In this document: piece by piece, positions 9,800 to 19,346 of the stretch
Position numbering within the stretch: the first letter of the stretch is position 1
Layout of the letters: each line of letters starts with the position of its first letter
Source of the DNA: Candidatus Micrarchaeia archaeon
GTDB taxonomy: Archaea > Micrarchaeota > Micrarchaeia > Burarchaeales > Fermentimicrarchaeaceae
Direction: 5' to 3'
Length of the DNA stretch: 64,000 nt
Assembly: GCA_038871515.1 (NCBI GenBank)
Contig: JAVZHX010000001.1
Location: forward strand, 397,638-461,637
The notes under the pieces: model-generated
Seen by the model: the letters and a program-made list of their open reading frames with translations, nothing else
Databases searched by the model: none
What the model was told of the DNA's origin: nothing
Translations under genes and position numbers: made by a program

Positions 9800-10672
9800 T
9801 TAAAGAAACTTCTTTATTGATTCTGTTATATCTATTTTTGAAACTGATGTTGGTATTGAGTTGCTCACAATAATTTCCTTTGCGCCAGCTTCTTTTAATT
9901 TTCTCAGCGAGTCGCTTAAAAATAAACCGTGGGAAGCACCGCAGCGAATTGATTTTGCTCCAAGTTTTTTGCATGCTTCAACTGCTTTCAGCATGGTGCT
10001 TCCAGTGCTTATCATATCATCAACAATCACAACGTCTCTTCCTCTTACGTTTAAAGTGAATTCAACTTCTGGTTTTCTGTAGATTGTGCTTCCTCCACTG
10101 TAAGCTCCTCTTCTCTTTTTCATCACTCCTGCATCCTTCTCCTTTGCAACGAGGTAGGATGCGCCCTCGTCTGGCGAGATTATTTTTGGTGAGTGAAGTT
10201 TGTTTTTGAAGTAGGAGAGAATTTGTTTTGAGAGGGAGAGGTTGTTTATTCTCAAACCACCGTAGTTGAAAACTCCTTGTTTTTTCAGAAAGTGGCAGTC
10301 AAAAGTTATCAGCTCGTCGCATCCGCTTGCTTTTATCAGACTGCAAACTATTTCTGAGCTCAAAGCTTCTCCCTTCATAAAAAGCTTATCCTGTCTTGCG
10401 TATGGAAGGTATGGGATGACTGCTTGCACGCGGGAGGCGCCCATTGTTTTTAGAGTTTTCAGTATAAGGAGAAGTTGAATGAGGGATTTATCCTGCTCTG
10501 GGTAGCATCTGTGGAAAAGAAGTATCTGTTTTCCATCAACTTCTTCAGGTATTCTCACGTAATTCTCGCCGTCAGGAAACTGCTTGATTATAATTTTTTG
10601 TGGGGAGGGGAGCTTCTTTGCAAAGTCGTAAGAATTAGGGGTGAGGAGAATTTGCTTCATAGTTATACTCAC
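9800..10672 (-). CDS. prs: ribose-phosphate pyrophosphokinase (PRPP synthetase), paralog 2
   Basis: Contains FPDGENYVRIPE, YLPYARQDK and VVIVDDMISTGSTM. Convergent with tal, with stop codons abutting. Confidence 0.85.
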   Translation of the reverse strand: MSITMKQILLTPNSYDFAKKLPSPQKIIIKQFPDGENYVRIPEEVDGKQILLFHRCYPEQDKSLIQLLLILKTLKTMGASRVQAVIPYLPYARQDKLFMKGEALSSEIVCSLIKASGCDELITFDCHFLKKQGVFNYGGLRINNLSLSKQILSYFKNKLHSPKIISPDEGASYLVAKEKDAGVMKKRRGAYSGGSTIYRKPEVEFTLNVRGRDVVIVDDMISTGSTMLKAVEACKKLGAKSIRCGASHGLFLSDSLRKLKEAGAKEIIVSNSIPTSVSKIDITESIKKFL

Positions 10673-10690
10673 TTTGTTTTAAATAATATT

Positions 10691-10912
10691 TCATTCGCCT
10701 GTTGCTGTCTCGCCAACAAGCTCGTCCCACTCAACCTTTTTTATAACAACTGTTTTCTTCTTTGGGTCGAGTTTTATAACAACTGCATCCTTCTCATTAA
10801 GTGGAAAATTCGGGTTTTTGATTACTTCTGTTGGAAAGTAGATGTGAAGCCCGCTTCCCTGCCTTCTCACCTTGCTGAGGAAATGCTCTTCCTTCTCCAC
10901 TGCTACCACCAA
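10691..10912 (-). CDS. small hypothetical protein (possibly SpoVT/AbrB-like)
   Basis: 73-aa ORF. LHIYFPTEVIKNPNFPLNEKDAVVIKLD weakly resembles a swapped-hairpin barrel. Low support. Confidence 0.35.
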   Translation of the reverse strand: MVVAVEKEEHFLSKVRRQGSGLHIYFPTEVIKNPNFPLNEKDAVVIKLDPKKKTVVIKKVEWDELVGETATGE

Positions 10913-10948
10913 TCTAATTTGGGAGTGGTGTTATATAAAGCTTCGTTT

Positions 10949-11398
10949 CTAAAGCAAAAGCTCTCTTGCCTCAAACGCCATTTCGCAGAAGAAGCAACGG
11001 TATTTTGTTTCCGCGTGGTTTTCCATTTTGAAAATTGTTTCAATGGGTTCAAAGTTAGTTATGCATTGTGGGTTGGGGCATTTGGAAACTCCGTGAAGCT
11101 CCTTTGGAAGCTGAACAATTTTCTTCTCAACAACTTCTGAGTTTTTTATTATATTGAGAGTTGCATTTGGCGCGATTAAAGCTATTTTATTGACTGCTTT
11201 GTCATCAAGTGTTTTCCCTTCAACCTTCACTATGTCTTTCTTTCCAATTTTTTTGCTTGGGACGTTCATCATAAGAGCAACGCGTGCTCCGTAGTTTCTG
11301 TCAATTTTCAGTATTTCCAGAACTTTTAAGCCCAATCCTGCGGGTATGTGGTCAATCACAGTTCCATTCTCAAGTTTTTCAACTACAAGAGGCATCAA
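10949..11398 (-). CDS. pyrI: aspartate carbamoyltransferase regulatory subunit
   Basis: Contains VEKLENGTVIDHIP and the C-terminal zinc domain CPNPQCIT...YRCFFC. Overlaps the pyrB stop. Confidence 0.9.
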   Translation of the reverse strand: MMPLVVEKLENGTVIDHIPAGLGLKVLEILKIDRNYGARVALMMNVPSKKIGKKDIVKVEGKTLDDKAVNKIALIAPNATLNIIKNSEVVEKKIVQLPKELHGVSKCPNPQCITNFEPIETIFKMENHAETKYRCFFCEMAFEARELLL

Positions 11399-12309
11399 AC
11401 CACCATTGTATCCATTATCGCCATTCTCACAGGTATTCCCATTTTTGCTTGCTCGAAGTAATACGCGTGCTTGCTGCTGTCAACCTCTGGGGCTACTTCA
11501 TCAACTTTTGGGAGCGGGTGCAGTATTATCATATCCCCCTTCGCTCCCTTTATTGTTTCCCCAGTTATCCTGAACTCCTTCTGAACTTTCTCCGCTTCAT
11601 ACTGGTCTGAGAAGCGCTCCTTCTGAATTCTGCATAGGTATAAAACATCTGTGTTGGAAAGTTCAATGGTTGATTTCTCTTTAACGTTTGCATTGAATTT
11701 CTTTTTCACTTCCTCTATAACCTCTCTGTTCATCTCAAGCCCTTTTGGCGCAACCAATTCAACGTTTGCTCCGTACATCGCAAGCCCGTAAAGTAAGGAG
11801 CGCATCGTCCTTGCATGCTTTAAATCACCAAGTAAGGTAACATTGAGCCCTTCAATTTTTTTCTTTGCTCTTTTTATTGTGTATAAGTCAAGCAGCGTCT
11901 GCGTTGGGTGCTGGTTTCCTCCGTCACCGCCGTTTATCACTGGGTGCTCGGCAAGCTGGGCAGCGTAGCGTGCTGAGCCCTCTTTTGAGTGTCTTATAAT
12001 TATTAAATCAGAGTAGCCATCAACCATCCTTATTGTGTCTGAGAATGTTTCCCCTTTCACTATGGAGCTTGCCCCAATGTCCTCAAAGCTCAGCACCTTG
12101 GCGCCAAGCCTCATTGCAGCTGATTGAAAAGATAATCTGGTTCTTGTGCTGGGTTCAAAGAAGAGGGTTGCTACAACTTTTCCTTTAAGTGAGTTGAGCT
12201 GCTTTCCGGTTTTCAGCGCTTGCTCCATCTGCGAGGATTTTTTCAAAATCAGGTCAATGTGTTTCTTTTCCAAATCGCGTATAGAAATAAGGTCCTTCAC
12301 AAATTGCAT
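11395..12309 (-). CDS. pyrB: aspartate carbamoyltransferase catalytic subunit
   Basis: Contains FFEPSTRTRLSFQSA, HPTQ and ILHPLP. Confidence 0.95.
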   Translation of the reverse strand: MQFVKDLISIRDLEKKHIDLILKKSSQMEQALKTGKQLNSLKGKVVATLFFEPSTRTRLSFQSAAMRLGAKVLSFEDIGASSIVKGETFSDTIRMVDGYSDLIIIRHSKEGSARYAAQLAEHPVINGGDGGNQHPTQTLLDLYTIKRAKKKIEGLNVTLLGDLKHARTMRSLLYGLAMYGANVELVAPKGLEMNREVIEEVKKKFNANVKEKSTIELSNTDVLYLCRIQKERFSDQYEAEKVQKEFRITGETIKGAKGDMIILHPLPKVDEVAPEVDSSKHAYYFEQAKMGIPVRMAIMDTMVV

Positions 12310-12362
12310 TTAACCCAAGGGAGTTATTTAAAAACTCAAAGTATATAAATTTGTTGGTTTGT

Positions 12363-12968
12363 ATGAGGGGGAAGTTAGTCTGTTTTGAGGGAATTGATGG
12401 GGCTGGGAAGGAGACGCAGGTAAAGCTGTTGCTGAAGTTTCTGAGAGGGAAGGCAGTTGTTTTCAAATATCCGGATGCGAAAAGCGCGTTTGGGAGGGTG
12501 ATTGATGCTTTTCTGAAAAGAAAGGTTGAGCTGAATCCTTTTTCGCAGTTTTTAATATACTTGATGGATATTGCAAAGGATCAGAGGAGAGTTGAGGAGG
12601 AGGTTGCAAGAGGGAGTGTTGTTATACTGAACAGGTATGTTTTCTCAACGGTTGCATATCAGTGCAGCAAGGGAGTTTCTTTCAAGAAAGGAGTTGAGAT
12701 GGTGGAAAGTATGAATCTTTTGAAACCGGATTTGGTTGTTCTGCTTGATGTTTCACCTGAAGTTTCAAGGGAGAGGAAGAGGAGGCAGAAGAGGATGGAT
12801 AGGCATGAGGCAGATGCGGAGTTGTTGGGGAAGGTGAGAGGTAATTATCTGAAGTTGATGAGGAGAAGGTTTCTCGCAAGGAAATGGGTGAGGGTGAATG
12901 CTGAAAGAGAACCTGAAAAGGTGTCTGAGGATGTGAAAGGTTTAATAGTTCAGCTTCTTAAAAAGTAG
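12363..12968 (+). CDS. tmk: thymidylate kinase
   Basis: MRGKLVCFEGIDGAGKETQ P-loop. Start taken at the ATG at 12363. Confidence 0.85.
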   Translation: MRGKLVCFEGIDGAGKETQVKLLLKFLRGKAVVFKYPDAKSAFGRVIDAFLKRKVELNPFSQFLIYLMDIAKDQRRVEEEVARGSVVILNRYVFSTVAYQCSKGVSFKKGVEMVESMNLLKPDLVVLLDVSPEVSRERKRRQKRMDRHEADAELLGKVRGNYLKLMRRRFLARKWVRVNAEREPEKVSEDVKGLIVQLLKK

Positions 12969-12973
12969 TTCTC

Positions 12974-13063
12974 GCTCCAGTCGTCTAGTCCGGTCAAGGA
13001 TCCCGGCCTTTCGTGCTTGCGCGAGGAAAGCCGGCGACCCGGGTTCAAATCCCGGCTGGAGCA
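12974..13063 (+). tRNA. tRNA-Glu(UUC) with a canonical 15-nt intron (13014-13028, position 37/38)
   Basis: Hand-folded cloverleaf: acceptor GCTCCAG/CTGGAGC, anticodon stem CCGGC/GCCGG, loop CTTTCG[intron]A, T arm CCGGG-TTCAAAT-CCCGG, discriminator A. Confidence 0.85.
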
Positions 13064-13086
13064 CTTCTGAAAGAACAATTGCTCCA

Positions 13087-14016
13087 TCATTTTTCTTCTG
13101 CGTTAAAAATGTCATTTCTCACAAAAGTTTTTCCATTGAAAGCAATCGGAATTGCCTCTCCAAACATGTTCTCTGCATGAATGTGCAGATGCGGCTCGGT
13201 TGTTCTTCCCGAGTTGCCTATTCTTCCTAGGGGCTGTCCAGTTGTAATTAACTCTCCTTCAGAAACAAGCAGACTTCCTTTTTTAAAATGACAAATGTGA
13301 ACGCTTACTCCAGAACAATCCAGAATAACATAATTCCCTTCAGGTTCTCTCTCATTTCTTTGCATAATTGGCATATCCTCTGAGAGATTATTTATCTTAG
13401 AAACAACTCCGTTGCATGGTGCGTAAACCATTTCATCAAAAATATAGTAATCATACAAGTTGTCTGAGAGAAGTCCTTTTCCCCTAAATCCAAAAGAATC
13501 TATTTTGATTATGTCATACGCGTATTTCTGTGATTTGGATGTGTGAGTATTTAATGCGGTATTGCTTCCTGCTTGTGAAAAAAAGTATTGGCCTCCTTTA
13601 AAAGGAAATTGAAGTTGCACTGCTTCTATGGGATAGAACTGCGCTCGGAAGCATGTGATAGCAGTTAGCAAAAATAAAACTGCCATTACCAGCAAACAGC
13701 CATAATAAAGGTAATCTTTTATTCCAGCTTTCTTGAATAAAGGAATTGTTTTTGATTTGGTAATCCTTAGTTTTTGAAAGGAATAAATGCTGGCAATCAA
13801 AAACAGTATTGGAAAGATGTATCTTAGATAATAATTGAGTATAGCCCAGGGAAGTAAAAAATAAATCCAAATGAAAAATGAGGCACTGAAAATAAAGCGC
13901 ACAATCCAATCAAATTTTGATTTGTTTTTACCGAAAATTTGCCAGAGGATGAGTAAAAGCGGTAGAAGTAGTGACAGATAAAATTGAGCGAGTTCAAACG
14001 CAGCGGTAAAATTCAT
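13087..14016 (-). CDS. membrane-anchored peptidase M23 (LytM/lysostaphin-type) family protein
   Basis: The N-terminal half is polytopic membrane. The C-terminal GRIGNSGRTTEPHLHIHAE is the M23 HxH zinc motif region. Confidence 0.75.
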   Translation of the reverse strand: MNFTAAFELAQFYLSLLLPLLLILWQIFGKNKSKFDWIVRFIFSASFFIWIYFLLPWAILNYYLRYIFPILFLIASIYSFQKLRITKSKTIPLFKKAGIKDYLYYGCLLVMAVLFLLTAITCFRAQFYPIEAVQLQFPFKGGQYFFSQAGSNTALNTHTSKSQKYAYDIIKIDSFGFRGKGLLSDNLYDYYIFDEMVYAPCNGVVSKINNLSEDMPIMQRNEREPEGNYVILDCSGVSVHICHFKKGSLLVSEGELITTGQPLGRIGNSGRTTEPHLHIHAENMFGEAIPIAFNGKTFVRNDIFNAEEK

Positions 14017-14078
14017 ATCAAATAATAAATCAGAAGAAGGTATAAAAGGGTATGGATTATTGTGGTGTGGGTATAGTT

Positions 14079-14768
14079 TTAGCGGGCAGCTGATGAACTG
14101 GTATGCTCAAAAGTATTGATTAAATCAACCAACTCAGAAAGGTTGTTTATTAAATAATCTGGTTTCTCCTTCTCCAATATTCTTCTTTTCTGCGGTCCTG
14201 TTATCACACAAGCGATTTTCACTCCTGCGTTTTTTGCAAATTGTATATCCGTGATTGTATCTCCAATGTATAGAACTCTGGTTTTGTTGATGCCCATTTT
14301 TTTAATTGTTAATTTCAATGCTTCTGGATGTGGGCGTGGTTTTGTAACATCCTCAAACGCAACTAGAATTGGGAAGTATTTTAAAATTTTGAAGTGCTCA
14401 AGAAGGAGAACTGCTTCCCTTCTCTCCATACCTGTCTGGCAGGCAGTTTTAATTCCTTTTTTGTTTAACTCTTTCAAGCACTCCTCTGCGTAGGGAAGGA
14501 GTTGAAATTTGTTTAAAAACTCATGGGGGTATCTGGCTTCAAACTGCTCGTAGCATTTTTTAATTAATAAGTCAGCATTCTCCTTGCAGAGAGGGGGGAT
14601 GATTTTTCTGAAAATGTTCCGGTGTCCTACTCCAAAGTGAATGAATATTTTTTCATCCGGGGGAGGGGTGAGTTTATTTTCAAGCAGAGTTTGTTTTATT
14701 GCTGAAAGCAGAGCATCCTCAGTTCTTATAAGAGTTCCACCTATGTCAAAGATGCAACCCTGAATCAT
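14079..14768 (-). CDS. HAD-superfamily hydrolase (phosphatase)
   Basis: The ATG at 14768 gives MIQGCIFDIGGTL (DxDxT-like motif I) and the C-terminal YIGDTITDIQFAKNAG (motif IV). The 405-aa ORF extension upstream is a shadow over the opposite-strand gene. Confidence 0.8.
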   Translation of the reverse strand: MIQGCIFDIGGTLIRTEDALLSAIKQTLLENKLTPPPDEKIFIHFGVGHRNIFRKIIPPLCKENADLLIKKCYEQFEARYPHEFLNKFQLLPYAEECLKELNKKGIKTACQTGMERREAVLLLEHFKILKYFPILVAFEDVTKPRPHPEALKLTIKKMGINKTRVLYIGDTITDIQFAKNAGVKIACVITGPQKRRILEKEKPDYLINNLSELVDLINTFEHTSSSAAR

Positions 14769-14822
14769 ATTTTTACTTTTCTTTCGGAAAGTATTAAATT
14801 TTATAATTGGCAATCTGTTATT

Positions 14823-15707
14823 ATGAGGGAGAGGGTTATACAAGAGGTAGCGGAGGTGTTGCTGAACTGCAATTACCTCTCTGTTTTCTGCACAAGCATG
14901 CATAGCTGTTTTGATATACTTGCGAAAAGGGAGAGGGCTCTGCTTGTGAAAGTGCTTGAAAATATAGATGCATTCACAAGACAGCAGGCGGAGGATATGA
15001 GGAAGATTGCGGGTATGTTGGGTGGGGAGGAGTTTCTTGTTGGGGAGAGAAGTAATGAGTATAAGTTGGTGGATGGGGTGCTGTATGAAAGGCATAAGGT
15101 TCCTGCTGGAACTGTTGAGACATTCAGGGGAATTGTGGAGGGGGAGGAGTTGCCCAAAATGAGAAAGAGGAGGGAGTTGCTTGTTGATATCGATGGGGAG
15201 AAGATGGTGAGGAGGAGGGGGGAGATGAAGCTGAGTTTGGAGGAGCTTGCAAGAAAATCTGGGATTTCCAAAGAAACCCTTTACAGGTATGAGCACGGAA
15301 AGATATATGCAAGCGAGGAGAATGCGAGGAGAATTGAGGAGATACTTGGAGTAGAGCTGAGGAGGTTTATCAACCCGTTTGAAAATAAACAGAAGTTTGT
15401 TGCTGAGGAAACACTGATAAGCATGCTTGGTTTTGAAAGTGTGAAAACAAAAACTGCTCCGTTTGATATTGTTGGAAAGGAGAGGAAGCTGCTTTTTGCT
15501 GGGGAGGAGAGAGATAGGAGGACGATGAGGAAAAGAGCAGAGGTTTATGCGGATGTGATGGAGATTTTTGGCTCTGGCTCTTGCTTTATTTTGAATAAAT
15601 ACAAAAAAGATAGTATTGCGGGCATACCTGTTGTGAGGAGGGATGAGATAAGTGAAATTAAGAGGGCGAGGGAGCTGATGAAGCTTATTGAGGAGAGGGG
15701 CGGTTGA
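14823..15707 (+). CDS. archaeal HTH (XRE-type) transcriptional regulatory protein
   Basis: Central MKLSLEELARKSGISKETLYRYEHGK is an HTH_3 motif. The overall layout resembles the conserved archaeal putative HTH-type regulator family. Confidence 0.7.
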   Translation: MRERVIQEVAEVLLNCNYLSVFCTSMHSCFDILAKRERALLVKVLENIDAFTRQQAEDMRKIAGMLGGEEFLVGERSNEYKLVDGVLYERHKVPAGTVETFRGIVEGEELPKMRKRRELLVDIDGEKMVRRRGEMKLSLEELARKSGISKETLYRYEHGKIYASEENARRIEEILGVELRRFINPFENKQKFVAEETLISMLGFESVKTKTAPFDIVGKERKLLFAGEERDRRTMRKRAEVYADVMEIFGSGSCFILNKYKKDSIAGIPVVRRDEISEIKRARELMKLIEERGG

Positions 15708-15784
15708 GTAAAGCTTTTAAATCTGTATGCATATATATACATTAAAAATGCTAGTTATGAAAATCAAATTTGGAGGTGTTTAAC

Positions 15785-17443
15785 ATGGCAGAGGCACAAC
15801 TTGGTGGACAGCCCGTGCTCATCCTTCCAGAGGGAGCAACAAGGTTGTTGGGGAGGGATGCGCAGAGGACGAATATAGCTGTTGCGTATGCGATTGGAAA
15901 TGCAGTTAGAACAACCCTCGGTCCAAGGGGGATGGATAAGATGCTTGTAAGTGAGCTCGGTGACATAGTGATAACAAACGATGGAGCGACGATTCTTGAG
16001 GAGATGAATGTTGAGCATCCTGCAGCGAAAATAATGGTTGAGATAGCGAAAACACAGGATAAGGAAGTTGGGGATGGAACGACAACTGCTGTGATGCTTG
16101 GTGGGGAGCTTTTGAAGAGAGCGGGCGATTTGCTGGATCAGGAGATACACCCGAGCACAATTATAAGAGGGTATAAGAATGCTGCTGGCTTCTGTGAGAA
16201 AATGTTGAATGAGATAAGTTATAAGGTGACGCTTGATGATGTGGATACGCTTGAGAAGATTGCGTCTGTTTCTATGGGCTCAAAAACAGTTGGGTTCGGC
16301 AAGGTGAAGGATAAGCTGGCGAAGCTTGTTGTGAGCGCAGTGAGGCAGGTTGCAGAGAGGAGGGATGGGAAGATAATTGTGGATGATGATTTTATAAAGG
16401 TGGAGAAGAAGGAAGGGGGGGAGATGGATGACACCCAGCTGATAAATGGGGTGCTTGTTGACAAGGAGATAGTTCACCCAGGGATGCCCAAGAAGGTTGA
16501 GAATGCGAAAATTGCATTAATTGACTCTGCTTTGGAGATTGAGAAGACGGAGACGGATGCGAAAATTGAGATTACATCGCCAGAGCAGATGGAGGCGTTC
16601 CTGAAGCAGGAGGAGAAGATGCTGAAGGAGATGGTTGAGAAGATAGCTGCAAGCGGTGCGAATGTTGTTTTCTGCCAGAAGGGAATTGATGATGTAGCTC
16701 AGCACTTCCTTGCGAAGAAGGGAATTGTTGCGGTGAGAAGGGTGAAGAAGAGCGATATGGAGAAGCTTGCGAGGGCAACTGGAGGAAAGGTGGTTACAAG
16801 CTTGGATGATTTGAGCGAGAAGGATTTGGGAGTTGCTGGTTTGGTTGAGGAGAGAAAGATTGCGGGGGAGCAGATGGTTTTTGTTGAGAAGTGCAAGGAT
16901 CCGAAGAGCGTGACAATATTTGTAAGGGCAAGCACTGAGCACGTGGTGAATGAGGGGGAGAGAGCGATTGTTGATGGAATTGGAGCGGTGAGCAGCGCAA
17001 TTGAGGAAGGGGAGTATGTTGCGGGTGGAGGGAGTGTTGAGATGCAGCTGGCGATGGAGCTGAGGAAGTATGCGACAGAGGTTGGTGGAAGGGAGCAGCT
17101 TGCAATACAGGCGTTTGCAGATACGTTGGAGATTGTTCCAAGGACGCTTGCGGAGAGCGCAGGGATGGATCCGATTGACACATTGGTTGAGCTGAGAACG
17201 AGGCACAAGAAAGCGGATGGAAAGGATGTTGGGGTAGATGTATACAACGGCAAGATTGCGGATATGAGGAAGCTTGGCGTGATTGAGCCAACAAAAGTTA
17301 AAAAACAAGCAATTGCAAGCGCAACGGAAGCAGCTGCGATGTTGTTGAGAATAGATGATATGATAAGCGCAAAGCCAAAGACACCTTCAGGAGGTCCGAA
17401 GGGGCCGGGAGGGATGGGGGAGGAGGGAGGGGAGTATGAGTGA
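15785..17443 (+). CDS. ths: thermosome subunit (group II chaperonin)
   Basis: Contains [34 protein letters not shown], and a C-terminal GGMGEEGG tail. Confidence 0.95.
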   Translation: MAEAQLGGQPVLILPEGATRLLGRDAQRTNIAVAYAIGNAVRTTLGPRGMDKMLVSELGDIVITNDGATILEEMNVEHPAAKIMVEIAKTQDKEVGDGTTTAVMLGGELLKRAGDLLDQEIHPSTIIRGYKNAAGFCEKMLNEISYKVTLDDVDTLEKIASVSMGSKTVGFGKVKDKLAKLVVSAVRQVAERRDGKIIVDDDFIKVEKKEGGEMDDTQLINGVLVDKEIVHPGMPKKVENAKIALIDSALEIEKTETDAKIEITSPEQMEAFLKQEEKMLKEMVEKIAASGANVVFCQKGIDDVAQHFLAKKGIVAVRRVKKSDMEKLARATGGKVVTSLDDLSEKDLGVAGLVEERKIAGEQMVFVEKCKDPKSVTIFVRASTEHVVNEGERAIVDGIGAVSSAIEEGEYVAGGGSVEMQLAMELRKYATEVGGREQLAIQAFADTLEIVPRTLAESAGMDPIDTLVELRTRHKKADGKDVGVDVYNGKIADMRKLGVIEPTKVKKQAIASATEAAAMLLRIDDMISAKPKTPSGGPKGPGGMGEEGGEYE

Positions 17444-17450
17444 ACTCCCT

Positions 17451-17735
17451 TCACTCAAATTTAATCCCTTTTGTGCCAATTGATTCCCCCATAAGCTCAA
17501 AAAATTTTTTTGTTTCTTCGTTTTTTGTTTTTTCCTTTGCTTTGTCAAGCACTGTGTGGACTGCACACTCAAGTTTTATCCCGTTGTCGTGCAGTTTGTT
17601 TCTCAAAAATTCCACTCCAAGTTTCACCTGCTCATCCATTGGAAGGTGCTTCCATTGCTCTCTTTGCAGTTCAAGTTTTTCAATTATTTCATAGACAATT
17701 CTTTTCGTTTCTTTTCTATTTTCTACTTTCTGCAT
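17451..17735 (-). CDS. hypothetical protein
   Basis: 94-aa charged ORF between the thermosome gene and the suhB-like gene. No family recognised. Confidence 0.4.
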   Translation of the reverse strand: MQKVENRKETKRIVYEIIEKLELQREQWKHLPMDEQVKLGVEFLRNKLHDNGIKLECAVHTVLDKAKEKTKNEETKKFFELMGESIGTKGIKFE

Positions 17736-17739
17736 TTTT

Positions 17740-18489
17740 TCACCTCACGTGTTTTAGAAGCTGTTCTGCGAGGGGTTTGTTTGAAGCAACAATTGTTCTT
17801 TCGTAAATGCTCCATGGCTTTCCTTTGAAGTTCAAAACTTCCCCTCCAGCTTCTTTTATTATAATATACGCGGCTGCTGCATCCCACGGAAGAATGTCGT
17901 TATGAATATATGCCTGAACTCTGTCAAGCGCAACGTAGCACAAACCCAAGCTGGCTGAGCCGAGAATACGAACAGCGCGTGTTGCTGGTATGAGTTTTTT
18001 CACTCTTCTTGCAATCAACTTGCTCCTTTTATGCCCTAAGTCGGTTGCAACGATGCAGTTTATCAATTCTTTTTCACTGCCAACTTTCACTCTCCTTCCA
18101 TTCAAGTACGCCCCTTTTCCTTTTTCAGCATAGATAAACTCGTTGTGAAATGGGTCGTGAACAACTCCTAAAATTGGCTGTTTTTTATAAGCAAGCGCAA
18201 GAGAAACTGAGAAGAAAGGTAAGCCTGCTGCGTAGTTCACTGTTCCATCAACTGGGTCAATAATCCAGAGGTAGTCTGAATCTGAGTTGTGCTTGCCTGT
18301 CTCCTCAGCAAGTATTCCGTGTTTTGGGAAGTTTCTTTTTATTTCTCTTATCACAAGTTTCTCCGCTTCAGTGTCTGCGATGGTTAGTATATCCTGCTTT
18401 GATTTGAAAGTTGTTTTCATTTTTCTCCTGAAGTGCTTCATTATAACTCCTCCTGCTTTCTCTGCTGTTGTCAAAGCAAATTCTATCAT
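17740..18489 (-). CDS. suhB: inositol monophosphatase / fructose-1,6-bisphosphatase family protein
   Basis: Contains ILAEETG, WIIDPVDGTVNY and PWDAAAA. Start at ATG 18489. The longer ORF runs into the tRNA gene. Confidence 0.85.
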   Translation of the reverse strand: MIEFALTTAEKAGGVIMKHFRRKMKTTFKSKQDILTIADTEAEKLVIREIKRNFPKHGILAEETGKHNSDSDYLWIIDPVDGTVNYAAGLPFFSVSLALAYKKQPILGVVHDPFHNEFIYAEKGKGAYLNGRRVKVGSEKELINCIVATDLGHKRSKLIARRVKKLIPATRAVRILGSASLGLCYVALDRVQAYIHNDILPWDAAAAYIIIKEAGGEVLNFKGKPWSIYERTIVASNKPLAEQLLKHVR

Positions 18490-18500
18490 TCTTTCACCAG

Positions 18501-18588
18501 CGGGCCCGGAGGGATTCGAACCCTCAAACCAACTGGTCCGAAGCCTTGCGAGTTGCCTAGTCGCGCTATCCAGTTGCGCCACGGGCCC
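18501..18588 (-). tRNA. probable tRNA-Arg(UCG) with a 13-nt non-canonical insertion (18546-18558, about position 29/30)
   Basis: Acceptor GGGCCCG/CGGGCCC, D arm GCGC-AACTGGATA-GCGC, T arm GAGGG-TTCGAAT-CCCTC. Removing AGGCAACTCGCAA yields anticodon arm ACTGG-CTTCGGA-CCAGT. The variable loop would be 6 nt, so the fold is not fully canonical. Confidence 0.6.
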
Positions 18589-18612
18589 CATAAATTTAGG
18601 GAAGTAGGTTAA

Positions 18613-19323
18613 TTAACTCTTTTTCCTTCCAACCAAGTTTATGTAAATTGCTGATTCTTCTTTTCCATTAATTTCAAGCAAGGAGTTGATTTGTTCCTCT
18701 GAGAAAGCGCCTATTGGGACAGAAGCAAGGTTGAGGGAAGTTGCTTCAAGCAGCAAGTTTTGGCTGATGTGCCCTGCTTCAATGTAAATATATCTTTCTC
18801 CTCTTTCACCATATTTTGCTTTTGTTCTTTCAAAAACAGCGGTGAAGATGAAAACTATTGCGGCATCCCTTACTGGTTGTTGGTTGGAAGCAGCGTAAAG
18901 CTTCTTGCTGAAATCCCCTTCTTTTAGAAGCTCAAGTGAGTGCTCTCTTACGTTGTAGTGGTATATTCCCTTGCTCAAATTTTCAACTCTGTTGACAGCT
19001 AGGTATATCTCTATTGGGTAGAGGGCGCCTGCGCTTGGCGCTGTTCTAAATCCTTTTTCTTTGTCTGTAATTCCTTGTGCTGAAAAGAGCAGTTGGGAGA
19101 GCTCACTGAGAGTTATCTCATCGCTTCCAAATTCCCGTATTGTCCTTCTTTCAGCAAGCGCTTTTTCAAGTGTCATCCCTTGGTAGTTTGGTGGGGGGAG
19201 AGGGAACTTCTGAGCTGAGGGGTAGGTTTTGTATTGCTGTTGAGCCGGCATATTCAGCGAGGTATGAAGGAGCAGCGCTAGAATAAGCAGGAAGAGGAGG
19301 GTTATTGCAAGTATTTTTTCCAT
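18613..19323 (-). CDS. SagB-type dehydrogenase / nitroreductase-fold protein with N-terminal signal anchor
   Basis: Contains RRTIREF...LSELSQLLFSAQGIT...APSAGALYPIEIY, plus an N-terminal hydrophobic segment. Confidence 0.7.
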   Translation of the reverse strand: MEKILAITLLFLLILALLLHTSLNMPAQQQYKTYPSAQKFPLPPPNYQGMTLEKALAERRTIREFGSDEITLSELSQLLFSAQGITDKEKGFRTAPSAGALYPIEIYLAVNRVENLSKGIYHYNVREHSLELLKEGDFSKKLYAASNQQPVRDAAIVFIFTAVFERTKAKYGERGERYIYIEAGHISQNLLLEATSLNLASVPIGAFSEEQINSLLEINGKEESAIYINLVGRKKS

Positions 19324-19346
19324 AAGAATATGTTGTTTATTATTAA

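Noticed and set aside
10475-11140. 221-aa plus-strand ORF spanning the prs2 / small ORF / pyrI region
   Set aside because: It is antisense to three better-supported genes and crosses intergenic regions, and has a Phe/Leu/Cys/Asn-rich low-complexity composition.
14769-15296. N-terminal 176 codons of the 405-aa minus-strand ORF 14079-15296
   Set aside because: This part is proline/leucine-rich and low-complexity, and it lies antisense to the well-supported HTH regulator gene (14823-15707). The HAD motif I begins right after the internal ATG at 14768. Treated as a shadow ORF.
16517-17454. Long minus-strand ORFs (263, 251 and 166 aa) inside the thermosome gene
   Set aside because: These are Ser/Pro/Leu-rich antisense translations of a strongly supported chaperonin gene. 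They are typical shadow ORFs produced by the skewed composition.
18490-18591. Upstream extension of the suhB-like ORF to 18591
   Set aside because: The extension is simply the reverse-strand reading of the tRNA gene at 18501-18588. The protein family starts at MIEFALTTAEKAG.
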